A stretch of 64,000 nt of DNA, from the NCBI RefSeq assembly GCF_009914755.1, contig NC_060927.1. One strand, written 5' to 3'. Under the pieces are notes generated by a model, which saw nothing but the letters and a program-made list of their open reading frames with translations, did no database searches and was not told where the DNA came from. The number at the start of each line of letters is the position of its first letter. The stretch's first letter is position 1. The stretch is from the human T2T-CHM13v2.0 reference genome, Homo sapiens. Of the stretch, positions 1-12,625 are shown one piece after another. The position numbers and the translations under genes are program-made.

Positions 1-3000
1 ACCTCTGGGTTTTGTCTTTACACCTCTGTCTTTGTCATCACCTACCATGAATAGTCACCTTGGTTTTGCAAATGGGGAGGGGGTATCATCTTTTTGCCTG
101 TTTTCACTGTATTTTTGTATATTGGTGTTGCCGAAAGAACTTTTTCTTTCAGTTTAATTCTTTGAGGCATGTAGGACCAATAAGATTGAGAATTCTATTG
201 GTGGAATTTAGGGAAGTCCTTAAAATGCTAGTTGACAATCAAGGAACAGTATGATTTATATCAATAAGAACCAAAAGAATTAGGTTTGATCAATCATTTA
301 AGCCAAGGAGGAATACTTGCATTTAGAACAATGCAAAACTTTGTCTAAAATGAATTAAATTGACCCACCTGTAAAATATATCTACATTTTTAATTCATGA
401 GATGATATGTGTTCAACCTTTACAGTTTTACCTGAAATTAAGGACAATGGAATAGAATTTGTTAAGTGAACCATTCACTAGATTGCTTTCTGAATGAATC
501 CTTTGAATCAAATAGGTGAAACTCTTTTCAAAAACTAAGTCAGTCACAGGAGCCTGTCTTAGTCCAAAAGAAGCAGGGAAATGTATTTAAGTGTACTATA
601 AAACAGGGTAGGCTTTTTAAAAACTAAAAAGTTTTAAAGGTAAATCATATTCCCATTAGGTCAACATGAGTAATAAGGTTGACTCATGTGAAATTGTCAA
701 TATTCTACTATTTCTGTAAACTCTGGTTCTCTTATTTGCAACCCCATGCACTGGAAGCCCAAATCAGAGAATGACTCCATATATTTATGGTCACATTGGA
801 GACAAAAGTGTATCCAAGAAAATGTAGTGTGCGTTATAGAGAAATTCCAACTGGTCACACTCACCATTATGGTTTTTCATGCTTTAGAGAAAATGCTAGA
901 TTTATACTGTCTTTTGTTCCATCCTTCAGCTTCCCATGCATTATAAAGGTGGCACTTAAGTTTTTATCTTTGAAAAGTGGGCCCCAAAGTTTTTTGGGGT
1001 ACAAAAAGACATGTATGAGAACCATATTTTCTGTTTCTCTTTTTCACTCTCTAAACTCTTTTTGTATAAATAAGGATTATCCTGGGCATAATTCATTTGA
1101 ATATGAAACCAACATACTTTCTTTCATTTTTGTGAAAAAATAACCAAAAACATGTATTAATGTGATACAAAGAAAGTCTCATTCACACAATCAACAATGA
1201 GGCTAAGAGGTAGCTACCATGTGGCTAATGAATGTGCCTAGGTAACTTCCTGTTTCTATTCAAAACTGCTGCTTTATTTGTACATTCAGAAATATTTTTT
1301 TCAACTATGAAATTTCAATATCAATTTTTTAAGCCAGTTTCTGCAAAAGGAAATGACCTGTCATTTGATGTGTTCATGTGTGTTTTGTGTTTGGATAGTT
1401 TATATCATGCCATTCTATAAAATGTATGTTTTCAAACCAAAAAGAAAAAAAATAGAAGGAAAACAACGGCACATACTCAAATTTGCCCTGCTTTGTCTGT
1501 TGTCTTACCTAAGACTTGTTTTGAAGAGCCAAGTCTGGGAGAGAAAAAAAAGCATCAACAGGTAAGCAGCATTACATTGTGTGGTAATAAACCAAAATAA
1601 GTTTTCAATATATACAGACAACAGAATTCAAATTTAATCAACAAAATATATTGTAGTGATTTGTTTGTTTGTTTGTTTGAGACGGAGTCTCGCTCTGTCG
1701 CCCATCCTAACTAGGACTATAATCTTTTTTTTTTTCTTTAAGTTGAAGTTAATTTTCTGTGCATTCTGGTCCACCAGATTTTCAAGCATTTATTTGGATG
1801 TTTCCATTTTTCCTTTTGACTTTAATAGCCAAGACTTAGCTTAAACATCAGGAAACAAACTAAAGCCACAATCCAAATGAGAGAAACACTGTCTCGTCTA
1901 AACTCTAGTTTCATGGTCAGTGCAACAGTGAGTTTTCTTTTAATAATGGTATGGTATTGTCAAGGGAGGCAAAGTGTTCATGGTAACTTGGAGCTCCCCA
2001 ATACATGGCCATGTCTTCTAAAGACAACGTAATGAGCCCAAGTGAACTGAAGGTCATACTGGCAGGTGCTGATGACAGTTTGTCCTTGAATGCTGACATG
2101 TCTTGAATATTGCAAATGTCATAATACTCTTTTAAAACAGTCCTCTACCTGACTCTAGTTTTGCGAGGATTAGTTTGTTTCCTTGGTAGATTTCAACATT
2201 TCAGAATGTTACCTCCAAATTTCACTTGAATTACTTCCTCCTGTGACCTTAGCAGATCTGTCACATTTGAAAGCATATGACTCACTTCCACCCCCTTCTA
2301 ATGAAAAACTGCATGGTGTTAAAAGCACTCTCATTAGAAATATAAGGCTGAGAACTGAAGAAGGCTGTTTAAAGCAGGAATTTCACTTTATTTTACTATG
2401 CCTAAAAATACATCTTTGGACCCCTTGCAAAGTGCTTTAAAAGTACTTTCAATTTATGCATGACTCCAAAAAAGTAATTTTTTTTTCCCAAAAAAACCTC
2501 TTTATTTAAATAATTGGGATATTTGCTAAATACCTATTTTTTTTTACAGTGGCCTAAAACCCCTATTAATGAAAAGTGAAATTTGATTTAATTAGGACTC
2601 TTGCAGTCATCTTCACGACTGAGGAGAAGTTTCAATAGGCTGTCTAGACATTATGATGTTAATAGGAGATTAAAATACATTTGGCAATTCATTTTCATTC
2701 TTAATTTGAGTGCATGAACCACTGCAGATGAGCTGATAAGCAGAAATTCTCAAGTGGGTTTCACTAATAAATGTTTTTTTATATGATTTGAAATCAAGTA
2801 AAGGGACAATGTTTATGTACGTGTATAACAACATTCAGCACATTTGAGGAATCACACACTATAATAAAGCTTAAACCTGTCATAGAACCTTGATCTATAT
2901 TACTTTGTCTTCAGTAAAAAGTGAAGGATGAGATTTTGTCTTTCATGTTATTGTAGCTGGCATGCTTCAAAATTTTGAGCTTACTGGGACTGACAGCCTC

Positions 3001-4800
3001 TCACTTCAATCTGAGGGATTGACAGAATTTAAACAGGCTCATTGATTCTGTACACTCTACCCTTCCTGTGGCAAGTGATAATGGGATTTCATTAATGAAT
3101 CAATTTGTTTTACAAATGACATCCACTGTGGCATTGGAAGACAGTTGGGTCTGACTCAAGTTTAACATTTCTTACCAAACATTCTTAAGTATGAAATTGG
3201 TCCTTTAATCCAAATGCTCTTGGTCATGGCTGTCCTTTGCGGATTACATAGCATTCAGGAAAGTACAAAAACTAAACACTAAATCCCCAACTGGCCCCAA
3301 AGACCTTTTATGATGTGAGAGACAAGAGTTCACCCCAGATTAATTTCTTTTATCATTGGCTTTATACTCTAACATATAGATACTCTCTATAGCAAAAAAG
3401 GGATGAATGGCTTTCAATATTCATTTCTGTTTATTTTTGTGAGGGAAAATAATATATCAAGAAAATTTTCTTCCACTTAGAAAGCTTTAAAGCTGAAGTA
3501 GAGGTGCAGTCAAGCTTGGATCTGCAGGAAGAACCACTAGGCCACTGAGTCATACTTGAGCTTTTCTTACTACTGCCCCAATTTCTAAATTGTGCATAAA
3601 TACAATCACTCTCAATTTTTGAAGGGCTAATTATCTACTTTGTGGGTGTGTTTTGTTTTTTCTTTTCAGCGTGTAGGGCTTGGGCTCTGTTTCCTTTTAT
3701 TAGCATGTCACCTGAGGGTGGAACAAACAATTGGAAATAAAATTTGATTATTTTATTTCTTATAAAGTATTAATTTCTTAAGGGGGTTTGAAATCATTGG
3801 TAAAATTAATATCAGTACATTATATGTCATAAATTTTGATTATCTATAATGTCTTTTCTTATCTACCACAAATAATTGAGAGTTGGCTAAATTCTTGCAG
3901 AATATATGGGAAAAAAATCATAGCAAAGAATTCAGCTTCCCTCAAAAGAAAGCTATTTTTGTTTCCTTCACTCCACTAAATTTGAACCAGTAGCACGGAT
4001 CAACACGACTTCTGCAATGAGAGTATAACGGTAGCTCTTGGTACAGTCATATTCATATTTTTAAATCTTTCTTTGACCAAAACTATTGCATTGTTTTCAT
4101 TACATTTTGACTGCGTTACTTATTAAGGCCGAATGACTTTGACACCCCCGTGGATTATTTTTATGATCACATCAAATTTAAACAATGTCCAAAGTGTAAC
4201 TTTAATGTTATATTTTGTTTCAAACCCTCTGGTCTAAGATTATTGAGAAAGATGTTTTTTCCTCCTCCCTCAAATATGTTATCTCTTCATATATAAAAAA
4301 ATAAGTTATTCCATGCTTTTCAGGAACTGTAAAAATTATTTCAAAAAGATATTTGAAAAAGTTTTCTCTATTCTGGACACAAATGCTTCCATTTATTTCA
4401 AAAGAAGAAGAAGAAAAATGGAATCTTAATTTAAAAAAATATATGTAGTAGTATCTGCTATGAGATATTCAGTCTCTATAAAAAAAAAAGGGGACACAGC
4501 TTCTTTTAAAACCCTTGTTTCAGTCCATATTCAACTTCATGGAACTTCTGAAACATCATTCAATTTTGAACTTTATTTAAGAGCATTTTTGTACTGCTGT
4601 CTCTGACTGTCATGGAAAGTTCTGTAATTCTAAGGTGTTTCTGGTTTTATTTTTAATTTCTTCATCTGTACCACAGTCAAATTAGCAACCATCTCCCCCA
4701 TCCCTTGGGCTTTCTGTAGATCAGTGGATGTTAGGTTTAAACTTCTGTTTTCTTTGATGAAGCTTTCAATAAAAAATGAAAATAAAATCAATTGAATAGG
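1..4800 (+). other. Putative distal 3' UTR (terminal exon) of an unidentified upstream gene
   Basis: About 4.8 kb almost free of interspersed repeats in an otherwise repeat-dense window. U-rich on the + strand, with several AATAAA (1586, 2766, 2863, 3736, 4768, 4781), the last pair in full poly(A)-site context. No coding ORF. Confidence 0.55.
1660..1704 (-). mobile_element. Extremely short Alu 3' fragment (AluY-like) with (AAAC)n tail
   Basis: TTTGTTTGTTTGTTTGTTTGAGACGGAGTCTCGCTCTGTCGCCCA is the reverse complement of the last ~26 nt of Alu plus tail; CpGs intact; no TSD visible. Confidence 0.85.
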
Positions 4801-4815
4801 GCTGTTGTGTTTTTC
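4768..4815 (+). terminator. Candidate cleavage/polyadenylation signal
   Basis: Tandem AATAAA at 4768-4773 and 4781-4786. Several upstream TGTA (CFIm) motifs at ~4590-4720. Downstream GT/T-rich element GCTGTTGTGTTTTTCT from 4801. Confidence 0.55.
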
Positions 4816-6236
4816 TGCACTCATCCAGAGACTGGTTGTGGGAGGAGGGCTGATAGGAAGGAGTGGTGCCCACCTTTAATCTGGAACAGTGCTGGAATTT
4901 TTTAAATAATCATCTCAGCTAACAAAAAATGACAGAGGAGAGAATATTCAATACATGCCAAGGGGACCTGAGAAAGCCACTGTTTGTGGGAATTTAGAAA
5001 GAGAGGACCATTTAGGTCTTCCCAGGGACTCCCACAATCTTCCTCATTCTCAAGTTTAGGGATTTAGAGACCACAGAACTCCTGTCTCCAAACATGCCTA
5101 ACAGCTACCAACTACTTGATGAATCTTGGATGAAGGCCAGTTATATTTGACACCTATGGTTTGTATCCCTGCAAGGATTAAATCCAGGTCAACCAAAATC
5201 AGAAGTGTCCATTCCTCAAGTTACAGAAGACTGTGCTAAGCAAATAAAAAGAAAACCTATTTTTCCAGACCAGAGTAATCCAAGCTAGCTTGGAGCTCAT
5301 ATTTAAGAGCCAGTAATATCCTGTTCTGTAATAGTCATTTGCTGTGTTGTTCAAAAATATTCCATTCTACTGTAGAAGACAGGAAAACAAAGGGATACAT
5401 GAAATTCCTATGATGTGTTAAACAACAAAGCGACCCTTAAGACAGAAAAGCTAAGTACAGCATGTGAGTGTGAACAAAAATAGAAAGGGAAAGAAAGACC
5501 AAGAAAACACTATATGTGATACACTAGATATATATATATATATGAGAAAATTAAGCATTCACTATTCATTAGGTCTTAATTTGCTCACTCTTTGTTGCCT
5601 TCCATTCTGGTACCCACAGCAGCTCATCAACCTAATTGGTGAATTTCAGTGGTTTGCCCCTGATTGTCTTGGAGGGAGTAAGAATGCTCCACTGGCTCCC
5701 TCTTTCATTGCTCAAAACCCAACTCTGGTATAACACACCATCACTGGAGAAGGATGATGTGGCAGAGGGAAAAGGAGTATATATACCAACATTGCAGAAC
5801 ATTCAGCTAGTGTGCTTCCACCCCTCTCGCACTTTAACCTCAATGAGTCAACCTACCCCATGACTTTCACCTTGTTTCTTTTCTGTGTATTTAAAATTGA
5901 TTTAATAAGCCCCGTGCTTCTAGCATCTTTATTGGTCTGTGAGTCTTTCTGTTCTATGACTTCTAGTATAATCTGCATAACAGTGTAGTTGGAAGCTACC
6001 ACTACATCAAGGTGATTTCCCACATGGCATCTTCTTGCTTTAGAATACATGCACCCAGGGGAGGCTGTGGAGAAAGCTCTCCAACCGGTGCCCAGGCTCT
6101 AAGAATATGTTGTGTATATACCATTTCCCTTTCTGAACATCAGTTCACATTGTACTGGCAGAAGAGAAAACTAGACGAGAAAACTGGAAGAATGGATTTA
6201 TTGGATAGTTTAAGAAAGTAAGTGTGGAACAAAGAT

Positions 6237-6497
6237 TTTTTTTTTTGAGACGGAGTCTCGCTCTGTCGCCCAGGCTGGAGTGCAGTGGCGCGATCTTGGC
6301 TCACTGCGAGCTCCGCCTCCCGGGATCACGCCATTCTCCTACAGGCGCCTGCCACCACGCCCGGCTAATTTTTTGTATTTTTTAGTAAAGACGGGGTTTC
6401 ACCGTGTTAGGATGGTCTCGATCTCCTGACCTTGTGATTCACCCGCCTCGGCCTCCCAAAGTGCTGGGATTACAGGCGTGAGCCACTGTGTCCGGCC
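6237..6497 (-). mobile_element. AluY with two internal deletions
   Basis: Alu dimer sequence, CpG-rich. TSD TGGAACAAAGAT at 6225-6236 and 6498-6509. Confidence 0.93.
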
Positions 6498-6530
6498 TGG
6501 AACAAAGATCTTGAACTTAGTTTTACCCAC

Positions 6531-6883
6531 TGCCTTTGTTCTGTTTGGGCTGTTGTAACAAAATGTCTTGGATTGGGTAATTTATAAACAACGGAAATTC
6601 ATTGCTCACAGTTTTGGAAGCTGGAAAGTCCAAGATCAAGGCACCAGTTTTGGGGTCTGGTGAGGGCCTGTTCCTCATAGATTGTGCTTTCTATGTGTCT
6701 TTACAAGGCTGAAGGGGCAAACAAGTTCTCACAGGCCTTTTCCATAAGGGCACTAATTCCTTTTATGAGGGCAGAGTCCTCATGAGCTAATCATGTCAAA
6801 AAGCCCCCACTTTTTAATACCATCACCTTAGGGGTATTTCAACATATGAATTTTTGGGAGACATAAACATTCAGAACACCACA
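6531..6883 (-). mobile_element. MaLR solo LTR (MLT1A/MLT1A0-like)
   Basis: Reverse complement starts ...TCTGAATGTTTATGTCTCCCAAAAATTCATATGTTGAAA, as in MLT1A. 5-bp TSD CCCAC/CCCAT. Confidence 0.8.
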
Positions 6884-6919
6884 CCCATGTTCTATCAAAG
6901 CTTTCTTTTGATAGAAATT

Positions 6920-7066
6920 CTTTTTTGTTTATTTGTTTAGGATTAAAAAATAATAGTACTGCACCACCACCCAATATGCACAAAAATTTTGCTTCAAATT
7001 GCAAGACATTTTGGCATTTCCTAAAATGTACCTAGAGGTTTCTGGTGAAGAACCCTAGGTTACAAG
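6920..7066. mobile_element. hAT-Charlie fragment (Charlie4z-like)
   Basis: CACAAAAATTTTGCTTCAAATT...AACCCTAGGTTAC resembles the Charlie4z end. Confidence 0.45.
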
Positions 7067-7523
7067 GTATGAACACAGCAGAATGAAGACTAGGAAATGA
7101 AGAAACAAACTACATTTATTATGTGACCCTCGTACATAAAATAATCATGATTTTCTGATCTCATATCTATGCATTTTTTTACTGTCTAATAATTTATTTT
7201 CTCCAAGAAGAACAGAGTGAATTGTCAATTCTCAATAGTTCTAACAAGGTTTATGTTCCATTATGCCTTTTTTAATTGATGCTGATGAAGATAACATTTA
7301 ACTGCTGCTTTCCAAAGGCAGTACAATGAAAATATAGCTCAAACTTAATCTCTGAGAATTTGATTATTTCTGGATTTTTTTAAGGAGTGACACTTTCAAT
7401 AATGATAAAAGTCTCTCTAATATATCAAGAGACTGTATTTTTATTTAAATCTTTAGAAACAAAGGGAGATAGCTTTCTCACCCATGATCTTTAGGACGTT
7501 GTTAGGTTACTATTGTGGTAAAA

Positions 7524-7542
7524 TGGTCACCAGGTGGCGCTG
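7524..7542 (+). promoter_or_regulatory. CTCF core motif
   Basis: TGGTCACCAGGTGGCGCTG, near-consensus CCACCAGGTGGCGC, in non-repeat DNA with a retained CpG. Confidence 0.7.
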
Positions 7543-7639
7543 CTGTATTAGTCTCTAGTGGATTCCAAACCCAAATCCCAGGTTCTCTATTCCTACACAA
7601 AACCAGTAATGTGAGATAAGGCTGTTAAGAGAAAGAATC

Positions 7640-7860
7640 ACTATTAACTGGGCACTCACTCTGTGCCAAGAGCTGCACCAAGTGCCCTCACATACTTGAG
7701 TTCATACAACTTTCACAAGAGTGCTCTGAGACAGGGATTGGAAAATTGTCCCCATTTCCCAGATGGGGCTTGGAGAGTTGGGCAACCTACCCATGGACCT
7801 ATACTTAGGAAGGGCTAGAGAGTGCTTTAAAAATACATTCAAATTCTCAACCCCTGGCTT
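7640..7860 (-). mobile_element. MIR SINE
   Basis: GCACTCACTCTGTGCCAAG...CCCATTTCCCAGATGGGG...GGCAACCTACCCA matches the MIR core on the antisense strand. Confidence 0.7.
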
Positions 7861-9639
7861 CAAAAATTTCTTCTGAAATGACTTTGGGAAATGCCAATGG
7901 GGAAGGCAGTTGTTTGTGTGTGTGTGTTCTTACTTGTTTGTTTTTAATCAGCATTTTTTTTTAATAGATTGCCTCACTTGGCCTGGGATTTGTGATTTCT
8001 GTAGAAGAAGGGCATTGGACACTTATTCTAATCACCTTAGTGACAAAACTCAACACAATTCACATTTTCTGTTCCAGAAATAACTTGCTGTTTCAATCTT
8101 TTCTGTATTTGAGTCTGTCTGATTTACTCTAGAAGGAAAGTACTTGTCTACCAAATAGATAGGTTTAACTTTTCATTGACTCATTCATTGAACAGTTTCT
8201 AGCAAATGGACCCTCCATAAATAATTTAATGATGCCAAAAGAGAGTAGGCATTCTTGTTTGTAAGGTATTGTATTCTAGTAAGTACCAGTTTGTGACATT
8301 TTGGTGTGAAATAAGATCAGAGAGTTTTGTGGGCAATATGTTTAACCCTTGCTGCTGCTTACTCCCTAGTTCAGCCCCTTAACAGAGTGTCTGTTATCTT
8401 TTTCCCAAGTGATCTGGGACATTTAATTCTTTTGACAGCAAGGAGAGTGGAATATGCCATTCTAAGTTGGACATAACTTTTCAAAGTTATAGGACTTGGC
8501 CATGTTTTCATGGTACAGGCAAAATCCACACACAGGATCAGCTAAGTACAAAAGCCAATGATTTTCCTCCTAATAATGCTGAATCTATTCATATGGCTTG
8601 AAGGAATGAATTGTTTGCCCAAAATAACTTTTCTATTACCTGGCATTTCACCATTATAACTTTATTCTTAGAGATAGATAACAAAATATTAGAAAAAATA
8701 CCAGGCAAGCAGTGAAAAGAGCTTGGATTTTGACTTTAGGTATACCATCTGCAAAATATTTTTTCTTCCTTTCTGAATGTCAGGTTTTTTATGTCTCAAA
8801 ATACATACCTTTTATTTCTCAGAATGATTATGATAAAACAGGCAATATATATATCATGTGTAAATGCTCTAAAAATTATCATCAATCAAGTGTTATGCAT
8901 AATTTTAACTGTTTAGTTCTGATGTTTCTCTTTAAAGATGTTTTTATGAGGGTAACTCCTGAGAGTTAAAGACAAGATTAATATCTAAGAAGATGAAAGG
9001 AGGCAATGGTAGAACCAAGGTGACACTTAGCTACTTTGCAATGCTGCTCAGATTCTGGAGGACACAAATGCCAGGCTTGAAGCCACCAGCTTCCAGGCCA
9101 CAAGAACAAGAGAACACAGAAACATAGCTGCTGGTTGAGCTAAATTCACCCACGATTTTGAATGATAATCCTATTTTATCATCCAATCACCAGACACGCT
9201 CTACCTTCTTAGGACTTCCTACATATCAGCATATAATCTAAAGGCAGCTACTGATGGAAGGGGGCAAGTGTTAACAATTTGAGAAGACTACTATACATTG
9301 TGAACTGAAAACCAGATTGAAGAACTAGGGGCAGAATCTTCTTTAGACCTCGAGTTGATAAAGCATGTTTATCCCAACAAGTAGACGGTATCAAAATAGT
9401 CACACCAATAGGTAGGTTGCATCAAACAAATATTTCTAAGACAAACTATTGCTACTAGAAAATGTAACAAGGTCTGGCCTCTAAAACACCTGAAACAAGT
9501 CTAATGAGCATAAGACAGTGGCTGTGAGATATATGCATAGCTCTGCCTCTTTGCCTGCTGCCATGATCTCCCGCCCCTCTTGTCTTATGGTTGATTTGTT
9601 TCCTGTTTGTTTTGGGTTTTGATTTTTACTTTTTACTAA

Positions 9640-9900
9640 AATGCAGTAAGATAATAAACAAACAACAATATACCATGAATGATCAACACAACGATGTCCA
9701 CAAGCTGAATACACAAGAATAACCAAGAAACAGAATATTATTAGCAACCAAAAAGATATCACTTTCCCATGCTCTGTTTCAGTCATTATGCAAACCCTTC
9801 TTCCAAAGGTAACTCTATCTTGAACTCTAAAACCCTAGAATGATTTTTGTTGGAATTTTACTGTACATAAATGCAAGCTGGCATGTTTTTATGAGAATAT
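9640..9900 (-). mobile_element. Old L1ME-type 3' fragment
   Basis: AAGAAACAGAATATTATTAGC...CCAAAGGTAACTCTATCTTGAAC resembles an L1ME 3' end, antisense. Confidence 0.5.
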
Positions 9901-10126
9901 AGGTGTTATACATGAAGAGAAAACTAACATTTTTGCTTGTGTTTGAAACCGCAAGATATCTATTATTCCTCTGAAAACTATACACATGGCTATATTACCC
10001 AAATTTTAAAGACCTTCAGTTTCAGAGATCAGACAAATTATTTCTACCATCTCTTCAATGTTTAACATCCCTTATAGCTTAGCAAAAGTCCTAAACTAAA
10101 TGTCCATGAGAGAGTATTAACCAGCC

Positions 10127-10379
10127 TATTTTATTTTATTTTATATTTTATTTTATTTTATTTTTGAGACAGGATTTCACTCTGTTGTCCAGGCTGGACG
10201 GCAGTGACACAATCTCAGCTCACTGCAACCTCTACTCCCTGGGCTCAGGTGATCCTCCCATGTCAGCCTCCTGAGTAGCTGGGACAACAAGCGTGCACCA
10301 CCATGCCTGGCTAATTTTTTGTAGAGATGGGGTTTCACCATGTTGCCCAGGCTGGTCTGGAATTCCTGAGCTCAGGTGA
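10127..10379 (-). mobile_element. AluJ, 5'-truncated, (TAAAA)n tail
   Basis: Alu sequence with J-type diagnostics (GGGCTCAGGTGATCCTCCCA, TGTTGCCCAGGCTGGTCT). Confidence 0.88.
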
Positions 10380-10913
10380 GCCATACTTAAAAGCAATTGG
10401 TGAGTCCTAAGGAAAGACTGGTTGTAAGGCTTCATTTAAGGTTTGGTGGCATGTCATTTATTGTCTGCTTATTCAGACAATAATTGACATGGGGCAGCTG
10501 ATTCCAGACTTCAATGGGAGACCCTCCAGAGCTAGAAGTTGCCAATATACCATCGTTTACAAAGCATATCATATGGAATATATTAAACCCACGCCCACCA
10601 ACTAAAATGACAACTCCTTTGGCTTCTGATTATAATTTTAAATTGCTTAGGGCTTTCTTACGTAGATTTTGCCATCACTTTCTTACTTTCCTGACACTGA
10701 ATCTTTCAGGTCAGTGATCAACCAGGTCTCTTTATGCTACTACCCAGGTATGTGCTTTGGGGTTTACATAGCATTTGGGGTGGAGAGATTACCATGCATA
10801 CATCCTTTTACCATTGTGGTCCTGCAAGCAGGAATCAAAGCCTTTGTAAAACTAACATAAAGCCTACTACTTTGGTGAACCCTCTGCAGAATTTCTATTA
10901 AAATATGCATTGT

Positions 10914-11405
<492 letters not shown>

Positions 11406-11706
11406 ATATGCATTGTGTCTTAAAATTTTGGTAAGAGAAGTGAGTTCTTTGAGGTTCTGATATGCCTGAGTCTGGGTATCAGGGATTTGACTTTTGCAAG
11501 ATCTCTTTCTCACGTTCTCTTTGTCTCTTTCTGGAGATTCCTCTCCAATTTTCCTGGTGGGAGTTTGGAGGAAAAGCCTGCAAGAGGGAGCACATTCTGT
11601 TATATTTGCAGATTCTCTGGGCTCCACACTCTCACACTAGCCCACAGGCTGTCTTTAGCAACTCATTAAGAATGTTTAGGGGAATCATATTCCCGGGCTT
11701 ATATGG

Positions 11707-12196
11707 TATACAGGGTTGAATGGTGTCTCCCTCCAGACCTGCTCAAAAAAGATATGTTTAAGATGTAACCTCCAGAAGCTGTTAATATGACCTTATCTGG
11801 AAATAAGGTCTTTGGAGATGTAATCAACTTAAAATGAGATTAGGGATTAGGGTGGGCCCTAAATCCAATATGACTGGTGTCCTTATAAAAAGAGGAAAAC
11901 TTGGACACATATGCACACACACACAGAAGGAAGACAGCCATGTGAGAACCAAGGCAGCAACAGGAGAGATGAAGCTGCAAGCCAAGGGATGCCAAGGATT
12001 GCCGGAAGCAACCAGAAGTTGAAAGGGAGGAGTGGAACAGATTCTTTCCTAGAACCTCAGAGGGAGCATGGCTCTGGGACACCTTGATTTCAGGATTCTG
12101 GCCTGAAAATCAAGAACTGTGAGAAAATAAATTTCGGTTGTTTTAAGGCACCTAGCTTGTGGTACTTTGCTATGACAGCCATGGGAAGCTAATACA
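11707..12196 (+). mobile_element. MaLR solo LTR (MLT1C-like)
   Basis: GACCTTATCTGGAAATAAGGTC...GGGTGGGCCCTAAATCCAATATGACTGGTGTCCTTATAAAAAGAGG...GAAGCTAATACA. Confidence 0.82.
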
Positions 12197-12200
12197 TAAG

Positions 12201-12625
12201 TGCTGTGCTGGACTCCTATTGACTCCAGTGGGGATGGCACCATGTTCAAGAGGCCAAAGAACCAGAGCCAGTGAAGGAGACACAGGGTTTACTGGGGGGA
12301 CTTACGTATGGTGTGGTTCAATGGCAGTGGGCTGAATAGGAAGACCACTACTGTCTGTAGAAAGCATGCAGTTTATATAGCACTTTCACATCACACATTT
12401 CACCTAGCAATCTCCACTTACCCCAAAAACAAAGGGCCTCTATTCCTTGGACCACCTGTGTTCCAAGAGTTAAGCCGTGAGTTCCTTCACAGATAAGGAG
12501 TGAATTTCCGGGCTGGTCACTTCCTGATTCCTTGACTCAGAACTCTAAAGCAACATGCTTCTTAGACCATAGGGTCATTCTCAGGGTTTGCTTCAGTTGT
12601 GACTGTCAGGTGCCTCTGCCATGCA
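12201..12625 (-). mobile_element. ERVL solo LTR (LTR47-like)
   Basis: TG...CA termini and 5-bp TSD ATAAG (12196-12200, 12626-12630). Minus strand contains CCCTGAGAATGACCCTATGGTCTAAGAAG, typical of LTR47. Confidence 0.75.

Noticed and set aside
2005-2106. 33-codon ORF MAMSSKDNVMSPSELKVILAGADDSLSLNADMS in the putative 3' UTR
   Set aside because: It reads protein-like but is short, has no splice context and matches no family I recognise; expected by chance. Only Ribo-seq or codon conservation could rescue it.
1-4800. Naming the upstream gene
   Set aside because: No coding sequence lies in the window and I do not reliably recognise the UTR; it needs BLAT.
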